Assembly: GCA_004431415.1 (NCBI GenBank)
Contig: QPMI01000524.1
Location: 1 to 64,000, forward strand
DNA from: Cyanophora paradoxa CCMP329
Taxonomy: Eukaryota > Plantae > Glaucophyta
Length of the DNA stretch: 64,000 nt
Direction: 5' to 3'
This document shows positions 52,106 through 64,000 of the stretch, piece after piece. Made by a program: the position numbers and the translations under genes. Every line of letters begins with the position of its first letter. Within the stretch, counting starts at the first letter, position 1. Below the pieces are notes generated by a model that made no database searches, had not been told where the DNA came from, and saw nothing but the letters and a program-made list of their open reading frames with translations.

Positions 52106-54168
52106 GCCGGCGGAGATGTAGAAGGCGAGTTAGGCCGCAATGAGGCCGCCCCCTGTCCCCACCCAGCAAACTCTTTAATTACAGGGATCGAGGCATATTA
52201 TGATTCGTACGTAATATGCCCTCCACACCGTATAACTGGAAAACTAAAATTATAGATAGTGCTGTTCCGCGGATCGTTTGCGATAACGCAGCAATCACGC
52301 AGCACAAGTTGCCGTGGAGGGCAACATTCCAGCAATGACACAATTCCTGTCTCGATCATAACACCCGCAATGTGCGTCAAATTCAGCCTGGACGAGTTCA
52401 GCCCAGTTCAGACACGCAAAGCAAAAAAAGAGACATGCACCCCTCAAATGTTAGAATCAGTGGAGCAGACATTTTGGACAAAATCAGTTTCAGCAGATGC
52501 AAGACAAATCGAAATTCCCGAAACTCCAGCATCGTCCGTTCCTACGAAAGGAATCAATCAAAAACCCAAGCCAGAGAAACAAGAGCATATACACATTGCA
52601 AGTACTTGCAAATATTCCCAAAGAAACCGCGCCGGAATTAGGGTCCGGCATCATTATCTTGCACACTGAGTCTGCAAGGTCACCCTTGATTTTATCATAA
52701 TACTGTTCTGCGTTGGGCAACATCATGCATTCCTCATTCAGCGGACTGCAATGCAAAGGGCAGTCCGCATCGATGCGAATGTAAAATCCAAATATCCTGA
52801 GTTGGTCCGATATAGTTGAAAAAAACTCCGACAATCGGACAGTTTCTGCTTCAATTGTTGAGTGGCGCCGTAGTGCACCTAGTGACACCATAGAATGATA
52901 GGACTGCAATACTATGCCGCCCAGAAACAATGGCTTCTTTCGTTCCTCCAGAACGGTCTGAAGGCGCGCAAGATCTGATTCCCTGGCATTCAAACAGATA
53001 TCCAGCTGTGCTTCGAATAGTAACGGACACGCCTGATTTCCTCAAGCGTGAAATAAAGTTTCGCACCCGTGAAATTAGAGCAGACGGATAAGGACCGCAA
53101 AATGGGAGGTAGGCAATACATCTCTCATCAGCTGATTTAATGGTTGGTCCTTTGCGCAGAGGAAACGCAGTAGATATTGAAACACCCAATTCACTGAGGA
53201 TTGACTGGTTGGCCACCTCGTTCAAGGAATTCAATAATTTACTGGAAAATTCCTTCAGAACGACATCCATACACGGCCGATTTTGCTGTTCACTGGCTGT
53301 CTGTGACGGGAAAGAAAAGGATCGCTTCAGAATTAGATGGACACGTCACAGTGTAAATCAGATTCACGAACCAACGCGTTATAACTGCTCGATGGGGATC
53401 CGTACGAAACTCGACGTTCCCGAACCAGGCACAATTCGACAAGTAACTCATCCGCACGCCCAGAGTGACTGATGAGACGAGGCAGTTCTACCAGTATTTC
53501 GTCCGTGGGTGCTGTGATAAAAACCATCCTCGTAACACTTCCCAAAACCTAGACGAGGACGCAGGGTGTAAGATATGTATAATACGTGTCCTCGGCATCA
53601 TAAGACGCGCACGTGCTCAAGAAGACCATTCTTAGGGTGCGACACTAGCATCCCAACAGCCTGTAACGGTTTATAAGCTTGAATTGCGCTCATTGCGTTC
53701 CCCATGAACAAAAAGAGACGCACTTTCGAGAATGACTCAACACTTATATGAATGAGACCATTAGGTTTCCGCAAAAGGCCGCATCCATCTCGCACGAAGA
53801 ACACAGCTTTGACGGGTTTGAAATTTCGAGCCTAAATCACAGGGGAAATTAGATTGAACCACTGCCAATGCAAAATACATCATGAACATCATCACGTACG
53901 ACTCTTCTCCAGCTTTGACAGATTCTTCCGAGCACACAGACGACGGCCCTGTATTGATTGTTGCAGATAAAGTTCGCAATTATAAGGAAAATTCCAGGAT
54001 TCTCGAACACCTGCCCGAAAGCAGTGACGCTACAATTTTACATGATATAGAAGTATGTTAACCTGCTGCACTAGGTCCCGCATACGTGACCCTAGGCAAG
54101 GGGTCACACAGCGTGACATAGACGACCGCAACAGAGCAACGTACGCGTTATCCGAGTGGAGATCATTG

Positions 54169-54793
54169 CAAGGCAATAGGATATAATTCCAGGAGTAAAC
54201 GTAGGCCGTTGAGGACACGCCGCCGGTCGCGAGTATACGCGGATCCAACTCCGGCGGTCAACGATGCGCGTGAGATAAAAGCAAAGCGGCGGCAGGCATG
54301 AGCACGAGATTGCGCACAGGACGGAGGCGGTGAGGGCGGCGGACGACTACGATGCAGTGACGGTTACGGGCGGGATCTGAGCCATATTCCTGCAACACCT
54401 GTAAGCTCTGGCCGACCACGGACCACTACACAAGAAAGTCTGCACCCGAGCAGCCTAAAACAAGGTAACGAGCACGCACTTCGACAAGGCAATAAGACTT
54501 AATTCCGGGAGTAATCGTAGGCCGTTGAGGACACGCCGCCGGTCGCGAGCATACGCAGATCCTACTCCGGCGGTCAACGACGCGCGTGAGACAAGCGGCG
54601 GCAGACATGAGCACGAAGCTGCGCACAGGACGGAGGCAGTGAGAGCGGCGGACGACTACGATGCAGTGACAATTACGGGCAGGATCTGAGCCATATTCCT
54701 GCAACATCTGTAAGCTCTGGCCGACCACGGACCACTACGCAAGAAAGTCTGCACCCGCGCAGCCTAAAACAAGGTAACGAGCACGCACTTCGG
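54169..54793. repeat. diverged ~316-bp tandem duplication
   Basis: CAAGGCAATA at 54169 and 54485, each followed by long near-identical blocks. Confidence 0.92.
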
Positions 54794-55837
54794 AAATAAA
54801 CAGCACCTACGGACGGACCGGAGCAAATCCCGGACGGCCGGGAATGCCTGCAACCCTGTAAAGGTGTACCGGGCGGCAATTCACAGGGTATACCCCCAGT
54901 ACATACCGACGGACGTACGTACACAAAAAGTGCACATCCGGGATCCAATGCACAGCGAGCCGGCCCCGGAAATGCACAGCTTGATGTTCCGCAATGCGAA
55001 GTTGCTTCGTTGTCGCTTCCGCCTACCTTCTCCTGTACGCGTGTCTACATCCCATTGCACGCCCAACATGCAGCCTATACCGATGCAGGCGTCATCAAGC
55101 ATTCACAACCCAGATACGAATAGAACGGTGGCTCAAGCCGAAGAGTAGATATAAGCACAGATTTTTGCAGGGAAAATAGACAGCTCGCAACCCGGCATAT
55201 GCTTAATTTACGAGGTATGAGTGCATACACAAGGCACAAGGCAGAGAGTATGTCGTTCAACATCAGTTCCCTCGATTCAAATGTGACGGTGGTCTACTTA
55301 CTATTACTAACCGGAAAACCTACTGCCAAGTTATGCTCTGACAAAAACGACAGTTCGGGGGGGGACTTCTTCTTCGCAAACAATGAAGCGACAGATCTAG
55401 ACGAATCAGCTGCATCCAGCTTGTCCACTATATCCGAAATGGACGGCACATTTACTAAGTGTCGCAGATAGTCATAAATCTCTCTCATTCCAACCCCACT
55501 TGTAAAGGGAGCAGCCAGTAGCGGTACTAACATCTCCTCCCGGGTCGCAAGCAGATATCCAATCTGAGACCCAAATTAAACACCGAGTGACCATGAGCAC
55601 CCATGCCAGGAAAAAAAAGCACCTCGTATAACGTAAACGTCACGTCGGCCCTCGAGATATCAAACCCAAAGAAATTGGAACATGCAGCATTAAATCTAGA
55701 TTTCTCGGCATCGACATCCTGAAACGAAGTCAGAACAACATCAGCAGGAGAGTAGCAAGTCGAAAAATTACGAATACCTGTATCGATGATCCAGAGCTTG
55801 ACGTACCGGCAGCCTAGTCGCACATTAATTTAAATTG

Positions 55838-57843
55838 ATGCTGCGCCGTCCCCTCCTGCTCTGGCCCCTGTAGTGACCCTTGGGCCCATTCCTATTCCTG
55901 CTCTCGCTGCCCCTCTCGACGCTCCTTTCCCCCCATTCCCTGCGGTCCCGATCCCTGTGCTCCTTGGCCCTCTGGCCCCGCCTCTGCCTCCTCCCTCCTT
56001 ACAACTTGCTGTCACGGGGCCTCTTCACTTGCCTGTTCCCCGGCAGGTCCCTGGTCATCTTGCAGCTCCATACCCCTTCTTACCTCTTCCCCTTGCTCCT
56101 CCACTTCCGCCCCTGCGAGGCCCTCTTTCTGACGTCCTCCTGGTTCAGCCCCCTCTTCAGCCCATCCTTCTTGCCCCCGCTTCTGCAACTGTGACGCTGG
56201 GCGGCACTATCTTTTTGCATGCCCCTACCGCCTCTACGTCCCCGGTCTCTTTGCATCTGCATCCACTTTCCCGGATCCGCTTGCAGGCCCCCTCGCCTCC
56301 AGAGCTCGCCATCACTTCGGCCTCCCTCGCCTCCGCTCTCGATTCTCCATACCCTTCGAATAGCCGCCTTCTCTCTCCTCCTCCGCCCTCCCTCCCCCCC
56401 TCGAGCTCCGGGTCCTCGGCCTCTGCCCCGCTTCCGAGTGTTGGCGAGACTGTCCTCTTTTCGGTCTCCCCGTCATTCCGGCTCCCTGCTCCCCCTTCGG
56501 CGCCTCGGGTCCCATATGCGGGTCCTATCCCGCTTCCTGGCGCTCGTGAGATTCGCCGCCGGCGCCCTCGTCGGGCCCTTGCGCCCTCGAGCTCGTCTCT
56601 CTCTGCGCCGCCCATGGCCATGACCTCCGTGTCATCTGATCCGGCGCCACCCGACCTTTCTCCAGCTTCGCTGCCCTCTCTTCGGCGCCGGCAGCGATCC
56701 CCGTCACCTGCTCGCGGCCCTTCCCCTGCCTCCGACCCTTCCTCGGCCCCCTCCTCGCCTAGGCCTCTTCCGTCTCGTCGGCCCCCGCCGCATTCCCGTC
56801 GGCGGATCTCTCGATCGACCCTGGACTCTCCGCCTGCCACTGTCTGCGGGGTACCTCCGCCGCCGTGTTCGGCGCCGGCTGTCAGTACTTTGCTCGGTAG
56901 CTCCCCGTCGTGGCTCCTCGGGGCCTCTTCGTCGTCGTCGTTCGCTGGGTTCCGGCTCCGGGTCAGATTTCTCGCCGGGCTTACCTTCTCCTGGCTCTGC
57001 TCCTGGGCCCTCAGCTCCGGGACCGGCTTCCCCGATCTCCTCCCGGACTCGTGGTCGTACCCGTCGCCGGCTTGCCGAGCCTGCGGCTCCTTCTACTTCC
57101 CCCGGCGGTTTGCCGGGCCGGACCCTCCGGCCTTTGTTCTTGATACCGGACTGCCGCCTTTGCCTTCGTCTTCTGCTTCGCTGGTCGCGATCGTATCCCG
57201 CCGGCGCCGGCGTACTTCTTCGTCTTCTAGTTTAGTTCGGTCTGGTTCGGATTCTGATCGTAGTGTTGATGCTAGAGTTAGTTTCAATACTAGCTATAGT
57301 CCTCGTGCTCGACCTGTTGTTCGCCGTCGTTTGCAGTTCGATTGCCCGCCTCGACCCTGGCCGGCTTTAGTGATTCCTTTGACTGTCCTTTTGCCTGCTC
57401 TTGATCCGCCTGCTCCGCCTCCTGTGTCCTCCTCGACCTCGTGCCGTAGCTCTGCCCTTTCGCATCGTCCTGCTTCGCCTCCGCCTCCATGTCGTCTTGT
57501 TGTTCCTCTTACTTGTCTTCTTCCTGTTATTTATCTTTCTCAATTTTGTCCCCCGCTTCTTAGTGATGTAATTCCTTCTGATATTGATGGTATCTCTAGC
57601 TCTGGCTCTTCTTCGTGTCAGTTATCCTCTGTCCCTAGATCTGCTCGATTTATCGTCTCTTCTCGCTATCGATCTGTCTCGAGCTCTGTGTCTTTCCTTT
57701 TTTATTGTCGATTTTGGCTCTTTGTCTTATCTTTCTTCGTGCTCTTGTCTTAGTTATTTTGCTTTTTTGTCTTTATGCCCCCTGGGCAGCCCCCGCAGTG
57801 CTGGTGTCTAGAGACTGTGGCCGGTAATTCACCAAAAAAAAAA
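55838..57843 (+). mobile_element. poly(A)-tailed retroposed insertion (2.0 kb), no RT
   Basis: 14-bp TSD ATTAATTTAAATTG (55824-55837 and 57844-57857); A-run at 57834-57844; pyrimidine-rich body. Confidence 0.85.
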
Positions 57844-58084
57844 AATTAATTTAAATTGTACCCACGAGGCGAAAATTAAACGTTACCTGTACATGAGTCG
57901 ATGGCTCTAGACTCGGCATCCCCGGAGGCAGAAAGGCTGGAAACACGGGCAGCACCCCGCCATGCCTGCAAGACGTGCGAGCTCGGACGTCACCATGTCA
58001 ACTATAAGCAAGAGGCGACTCACGAAAAGGGGACGGCGGGGACAGCGGCCGATATCGGCGTGCCGACGGCCGAGAGCGGTGCCT

Positions 58085-58625
58085 GAGCCGAAGGACTGCA
58101 ACGCGTCTAAGCTCGAAGAACGGAGAAGGCTGGCGAAACCGAGAGGCGGCGCACAGAACCAGGGCGGGAGGAGCTGCATTCGTCGAGTGCGCGCCGACGG
58201 CCTCGAGCTGCACCTGGGCCGGAGGACTGCAACGGGCGTAAGATTCTGCGCCCGACGCAACAGGCAAAGGGGTCGAAGCCTATAGGAGGCTGGCAAAAGC
58301 GAGAGGCGGCGCACAGAACGAGAGCGGGAGGGGCTGCATTCGTCGAGTGCGCGCCGACGGCCTCGAGATGCACCTGGGCCGGAGGACTGCAACACGTTTA
58401 AGCTCGAAGAGGAGGAGGCTGGCAAAAGCGAGAGGCGGCGCACAGAACCGGGGCGGGAGGGGCTGCATTCGTCGAGTGCGTCGAGTGCGCGCCGACGTCC
58501 TCGAGCTGCACCTGGGCCGAAGGACTGCAACGCGTATAAGCTCAAAGCCCGGAGGAGGCTGGCAAAAGCGAGAGGCAGCACACAGAAGCCGGGCGGAGGG
58601 GGTGCATTCGTCGAGTCCGCGCCGA
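58085..58625. repeat. ~130-160-bp degenerate tandem repeat (~4 copies), possibly coding
   Basis: GGCTGGC(A/G)AAA.CGAGAGGC...CTGCATTCGTCGAGTG...CTGGGCCG.AGGACTGCAAC recurs; the minus strand encodes repeated LQSxGPGAxRGRRRALDECS. Confidence 0.85.
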
Positions 58626-59563
58626 TGATGGACGACGGACGCGAGCCTCCTTCCATGAGTGGCACCGGCACCAACGACCTGCAACGCACGTGAAATTGGC
58701 ACCCCGCCGCGACAAGCAAGTGAGCAGGAAAGCGCATGGACGAACGCGGTCGACGTCTGCGTCACGCGGCCGGCCGCAATCATGGGTAGAATGGAAGACA
58801 CATCTAAACCCTCAAAATATTGTAGCATAGGACGTCGAATGCGTAGATCAAGCAGTTTCTCACGAAATACTTTCCAGTGTCTTGTGCACATATTCTGGCT
58901 TAACTGTACGTTTAGATCAGCAGGCGCGTCGATTTCGTCATGCTTCCGCTTCCTCGAAGTAGAAGGATTCGAGTTGACCGGAAGATCCGTAGGGAGAGGA
59001 ACGAAAGGCTCCAAGTCTGTGATTGTAATAAATCGAAATATCAGCACAACGAGACATATAGGAATAAAAGATAAACACACTCAGTTTCCACCGAAGAAAA
59101 TCGACTCTGACGAAATAACACAACGACGCAAGCATAAAAAGCCCAACCAGTCTCGAGTGTTCAATATACAGTGCTGTGAGGGACAGCAATGTCGTTTCCG
59201 TTGCGCACTCTCGAAGATGATCAGAGATGTGTTTGCCGACGTTGAACACAAGAGACGGCACTTCACCATCGATACGGACGCCAGAAGGAAGGGAAGGGGA
59301 CAAAACAGGATGAAACATAGTCGCGATAGACTCCCCGACTTTACGAGCAGTATCCAAAACTGCTTTCACCTCGGAAATGTTGGCTGAAAAAACTCTCGCC
59401 ATCCGCTGGACCCTTGAAACCTCTTGTGTGAAGATCACCGATGTCTGCTTGTTAGCAGAAAGATCTGAAGTCCCCTCCACAATTGCTTCCGCAACGTGTA
59501 CAGATCCCATGCCCATCTGCAGGAGCACCACAGGCACAATCAATAATAAGAAAGGTACAGCCA

Positions 59564-59931
59564 TTAAGGTGAGCACATACCACATCACTGTCGTTCGATT
59601 TTGGTTGAGGAATGTCGATATCGTGCAACACACGTGCCTTCGTTCATCGTTAACTACAAAACAAATAATAAAAGGGGGAACGTACCGCATCAGAACCCGA
59701 TGGACCCTGACAATCGGAAGATTCAGCAGGTCTCTGAGAACCATGCTTAAGGTGAGCACATACCACATCACTATCGTTCGATTTTGGTTGATGATTGTCG
59801 ATATCGTGCGACACACGTGCCTTCGTTCATCGTTAACTACAAAACAAATAATAGAAGGGGGAACGTACCGCATCAGAACCCGATGGACCCTGACAATCGG
59901 AAGATTCAGCAGGTCTCTGAGAACCATGCTT
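59564..59931. repeat. 183-bp tandem duplication
   Basis: TTAAGGTGAGCACATACC at 59564 and 59747, near-identical. Confidence 0.95.
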
Positions 59932-60449
59932 GTTTCCCTTCTGTCTGCCCGCACTACTTCCATGCCACCTCACTTTCGACACTTCAGGCTTAGTTCGATA
60001 AGGAGACGGATAATCTACAACCGCAATGACGTCCGATTCAGCTGCAGCATACACAAACTTCAAACACACAGAACAGAGGAGGAATCGGAATGCGAATTCC
60101 ACATACCCTCCGAAGATGAAGAAGCTCCCGAATTCGAAGGCGACGGTACGGGGGCCGCAAGGGATGCAGCCGGCAGAGGCGCGCCAGTTCCCGCGAGCGA
60201 CGACTGCCCAGTACCCTGCGACGCGATAAGGGTATCCAGCAGCGCATGAGCTCGGAGGCAAACATAAGCATCAAGTGCACGAGGGTACGTACAGAACGGG
60301 GCGGAGGGACCGGCAGTCGGACCACGGGCGGCAGGGCCAGCGGCCATCATGGCCCCGCCAACCGACGGGAGAAGCTCCTGCCCAAAAGAACTGCAACGCG
60401 ACGCACGCACGGTCGCCCGGAGAACCAACATGGCAGGCGGAGGGACTGT

Positions 60450-61090
60450 GAAGCGCACGGGGCTGATGCAGCGAGAGAGGCGGTTGAGGGCGCGCCGCTA
60501 GGCCGGAGCAACTCCTGGTCAAGAGGCCTGCGAGACGCGTGACCTCGGAGATACGGTAAGGCAGACAAAAGCACGAGTAGGCGAACAGGCAAGGGGCGGC
60601 AGGACCGGCGGCCAACAAGGACTCGCCGACAGCTGCAAGTGGACCCTTGCCCGGAGAGCTGCGACACAAACACGTGCGCTCAGACGCGTGACGAAGCACG
60701 AGGAGGCACGAGAAAGCGCACGGGGCGGGGGCAGCGAGAAGAACCGTGGAGGGCGCACCGCCAGGCCCAAACGACTCATTATCCGGAGGCCTGCGATGGA
60801 GTTTAGCTCGGTGCTTGAGATCGGAGACACGAAGAGACAGGCAGGGACACGAGGTGACGAACAGCCCGGGGCAGCAGGGACGGCGGCCGTCGAAGACTCG
60901 CCGAAAGCTGCAAGTGAACCCTGCCGCGGAGACCTGCGACGCATAGGCCTGCACGTTCGCTCAGATTCACGACATGACAGGATGAGACACGGGGCGGCGC
61001 ACCGGGCCGGGGGGCGGGAAGGGACAGAGGGGCGTGAGGCTGGACCCGACCGACGCTTCATCCGGAGGTCTGGAACGCGTGTTAGCTCGG
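60450..61090. repeat. highly diverged ~275-bp tandem repeat
   Basis: GACTCGCCGA.AGCTGCAAGTG.ACC at ~60620 and ~60895; ATCCGGAGG.CTG...TTAGCTCGG also repeated. Confidence 0.6.
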
Positions 61091-61483
61091 CACGCAACAA
61101 CAGCAAGATAGTGCAAAAAGCAACGCACGGAGCTAAAGCGACAGATGCGACGGGGATTGCGCAGACTGATGTCAGAGGCTCTTTGCCAGCCACCGCCCTC
61201 CGATTAGCTTCTGGTTATAACCACCAAAAATCAGAAAGTTGTAGACTAAATTAAGAAGATAAGCACTGAAACAAACAGACCTTTTTCTTTCCAAACTAAA
61301 TCGTCGACCGCAGCGCGATCACGAGTACGGAAATCGGCCCACCATGACTGGGACTGTACGACAAAAGAATACCACTCAAATACAAAAAGGGAGTGAAAGG
61401 AAAAAACAACAGGTAATCATACCAGAGATCCAGTAAGGAAACTGCAAGATTTGTCGATCTAATACTGGTACCTACGCAGAGAA

Positions 61484-62395
61484 TTAAAAATCACGAATGA
61501 AAGCACTATAGAAAGTAAGATAGATATGCACCCGAAGACTGCCCTGTACCGCAGAAACTCTAGCATTCAAAATCGCAATCATCTCTTGTTTACACGAAAA
61601 GACCATATCCATGACTTTCGCAACGGCATCATCCAGCAACGGCTGTAGACCTTCCAATTCCTCCTTCTGCGCATCGACTGTAGAGTGCAGTTTGGGATAC
61701 GCCTCCTTCGGAAAACGAGATATTTCATCATCCTCTGCAGGAAACAGAGGCTGCGACTGCATCAAGTCCGTAAATTCAAGGTGCAGCGCCCAAGTCTCCA
61801 TGCCATGAACGAAGGCCTTCTTTCCAGCCGCAAACATAGAATTCACGTTGACGCCCTCTTCACCTGCGTTTGCAAGAACTCGAAATTCTATGCAGGCATT
61901 GAAGGTCAACTTGTACAGACTCCATGTCCGATAGTAGCTGCATAACAAAGCTGCGTATTTTGATGACTCCGTTATCAGCAGGTCAAGGTCAACTATGTAG
62001 TCTTCACCAGCAGCCTTAGGTCCGGCCAAAAATGGTCCCAGAGCATCATCTGGCCCCAGAGCATCGACTCCAATCGATGGCATCTTACGCTTGAAGGATG
62101 AGATCTGTTTCTTTACAAGGTCCTTGATTTCGAGTAGTGTGCCAGAGATAAAAAGTCCTTCTGTAATGAAGGGTTCAAGGAAATCGTCGATGTCCGATTT
62201 AGCCGTATCCTTTGAACGCAAAAGCTCCCAAGCCAGGCGCATGCGCCGATGTAGCGGGATGCTTGCTACTTTGCATGCACTCAGATAGTGGTCATCATCG
62301 TAATAATGAGCGCACTGAGCTGATATATGCTCCAGTACATTCACCAGGATAAGAAACTCAGACACCCGTCCCCAGCTCATGACGCGATGCTTCAC
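61484..62395 (-). CDS. hypothetical protein (303-aa exon or ORF)
   Basis: Long ORF with globular/helical composition; no recognisable domain. Confidence 0.55.
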   Translation of the reverse strand: MKHRVMSWGRVSEFLILVNVLEHISAQCAHYYDDDHYLSACKVASIPLHRRMRLAWELLRSKDTAKSDIDDFLEPFITEGLFISGTLLEIKDLVKKQISSFKRKMPSIGVDALGPDDALGPFLAGPKAAGEDYIVDLDLLITESSKYAALLCSYYRTWSLYKLTFNACIEFRVLANAGEEGVNVNSMFAAGKKAFVHGMETWALHLEFTDLMQSQPLFPAEDDEISRFPKEAYPKLHSTVDAQKEELEGLQPLLDDAVAKVMDMVFSCKQEMIAILNARVSAVQGSLRVHIYLTFYSAFIRDF

Positions 62396-64000
62396 TGCGT
62401 ATCATACATCAGAAGAAGCCAGATAAGGTAATGCAAAGGTACAGAAACATCATTGGGCATACATATACCTCGAATAGGAGATGCAGACAAAGCAACAGAC
62501 ATTCACAGCGGGCACCCCGAGATGCACACCTAGTATGAAGGGGCAAACATCAGACAAAGCAGTTACACAGTCGTCGGGAGGCAGTACAACCACTGAAAAC
62601 AGCGTACCAAGGACGGATACAACACAGAATGCAGACCGAGAGGAAGCAAAGTGGGACAAAAGAACCACTCAACGCCCCGACTTGAAGGCCACCCACGCGC
62701 TGGAGAGCGAAATAAGATGATAGCTAAACCCTCATTATGGGCAGGAGGGATGGCGCATGGGACGGGCGACGCACCAGAAATGTTAGCGCCAAAAAGAAGG
62801 GAAGACAACCAGGGCAGCAGACATAAAAGGCTTTAATCCGATGACCCCTACAGATCGAAGAGCCATACATTAGCAAGTGCGGTCACCGCTGAGAGCCGCG
62901 ATGCAGGATCTGAGCTTATAACAAGTGCGTACCGATTTTCGTCAAAACCGAAGCTGCAGTCAGTAAAACGACGGTGACGGTGATGGCCGGCAAAGGAGCG
63001 GAAAAGTCCCAACCCTGCGTAAAGCCACACATCAACTCCATGGCTCGCAACTGTACTATGCGCGGCGAAGGCAGCACGGCCTCACGCTAGCCGGGGCGCT
63101 ACTAGCGATAGAATCGCTAATAGTCAATAGGTGGTCTCTAGCACCGCATGCGCAACTGACTAACCGCGGCAGTTACGGTTGCATGCAACTAACCGCGAGA
63201 CCAAGGGCCCCAAGTCCAAACATTACGACCGGCGAGCGACGATAGATGTAGAGAAAGCGTGCACGTACCAAGCACTATGATCGTTGCTTCTAGGACCCAG
63301 CCGAGCCACGGACGACGCAAGCCCGGAGCGATGAAGCTGGCGCACGAACGAAGCACGCCTGGCCAAGCCAGGATAGCGGGACAGCTCTTTCCACTTGAAG
63401 CCGAGCAGGCCGCGAGGCCACCGCCCGCGGAAGCTGATCAGACTTGAGGCCAGGCACGCCAGCGCCACGCCAGGGATTGACTGATGTCCGGGTACAAAAA
63501 CAATGCAGGAGATCAAATTCTACGGCCTTAGTGGCGCCCGTACGCGTCGGACGCCGTCACTTAAAAGACTGCAGCACTTTAAGCACAGCCGCGACAGTAC
63601 GGCGCTGGCCTCGACGACTCTCGCGCGCGCGCCGAGCCTAGCACAGGAAGGAATCCCGCCGGCACCCTGGCCGGCGCCACCACCAAGCCGCACAAGCGGG
63701 ACAAAAAACATCACTAACAGACTCTGAGACCGGGGCCGGGAATCAGAAAGGCCGGCGCCGCCGGTCGCAGCAGCTGATACGACTTCGACGTCGACAGACA
63801 GCAGCTTCATTCAAGACAAGCAGAGAGTCCAACGCCTAGATCCCCTGCCATGAGCAGCAAGAACAAATTCAACATGCAAATACAATGACATACACACACA
63901 CAGCTACCTAGGCGCGGCAGGGCGGGGGGCTGCGCGGCGGAGCAGGGCGGCGGACCCGGTGCAGGCAAGATGGGTCCACGGCGGATGCGAAGCGCAAGCG

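Larger units (their letters stand above)
52198..59960 (-). pseudogene. very large multi-exon orphan gene carrying internal duplications and an intronic retroposon
   Basis: In-phase splicing across the insertion: MPSLEPSTHVQ|AAGTSSSGSSIQ|DVDAEKSRFNAAC...LYE; further long protein-like ORFs at 52490-53270 and 58280-59520; at least one in-frame stop (~55294). Confidence 0.4.

Noticed and set aside
55740-55800. Fanzor/TnpB or resolvase RuvC-I-like motif IIDTGIRNFSTCYSP
   Set aside because: Most of the motif lies inside a probable intron (GTATTC...CTGAC...TTTCAG), and there is no in-frame bridge helix, RuvC-II/III or zinc finger downstream.

Overview
Eukaryotic DNA with short (~35-60 bp) GT-AG introns; a plant-type EXO5 suggests an alga or other archaeplastid (inference). 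The window is gene-dense, orphan-rich and full of mobile DNA. The centrepiece is a minus-strand, intron-containing Helitron2/Helentron-type RepHel gene (C2H2 fingers, DUF6570-like region, HUH-Y2 Rep, PIF1 helicase; ~38.4-45.5 kb). Packed against it are a spliced OTU cysteine protease, a possible RPA70-C-like OB-fold gene and an intronless deoxynucleoside kinase, which together look like a virus-like replication module. Next to this lies a 10.4-kb non-autonomous TIR transposon (23768-34146; 30-bp TIRs, 6-bp TSD GGCCAC) inserted in the centre of a palindrome. It contains 107-bp subterminal arrays, 2.7-kb inverted arms and a 713-bp tandem core. Also present: a divergent histone H3, EXO5, two F-box/LRR genes, two poly(A)/TSD retroposon insertions and several orphan multi-exon genes, many with 1-bp frameshifts (decay or long-read error). 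Helitron termini could not be located. All domain calls are by-eye motif recognition, not database searches.
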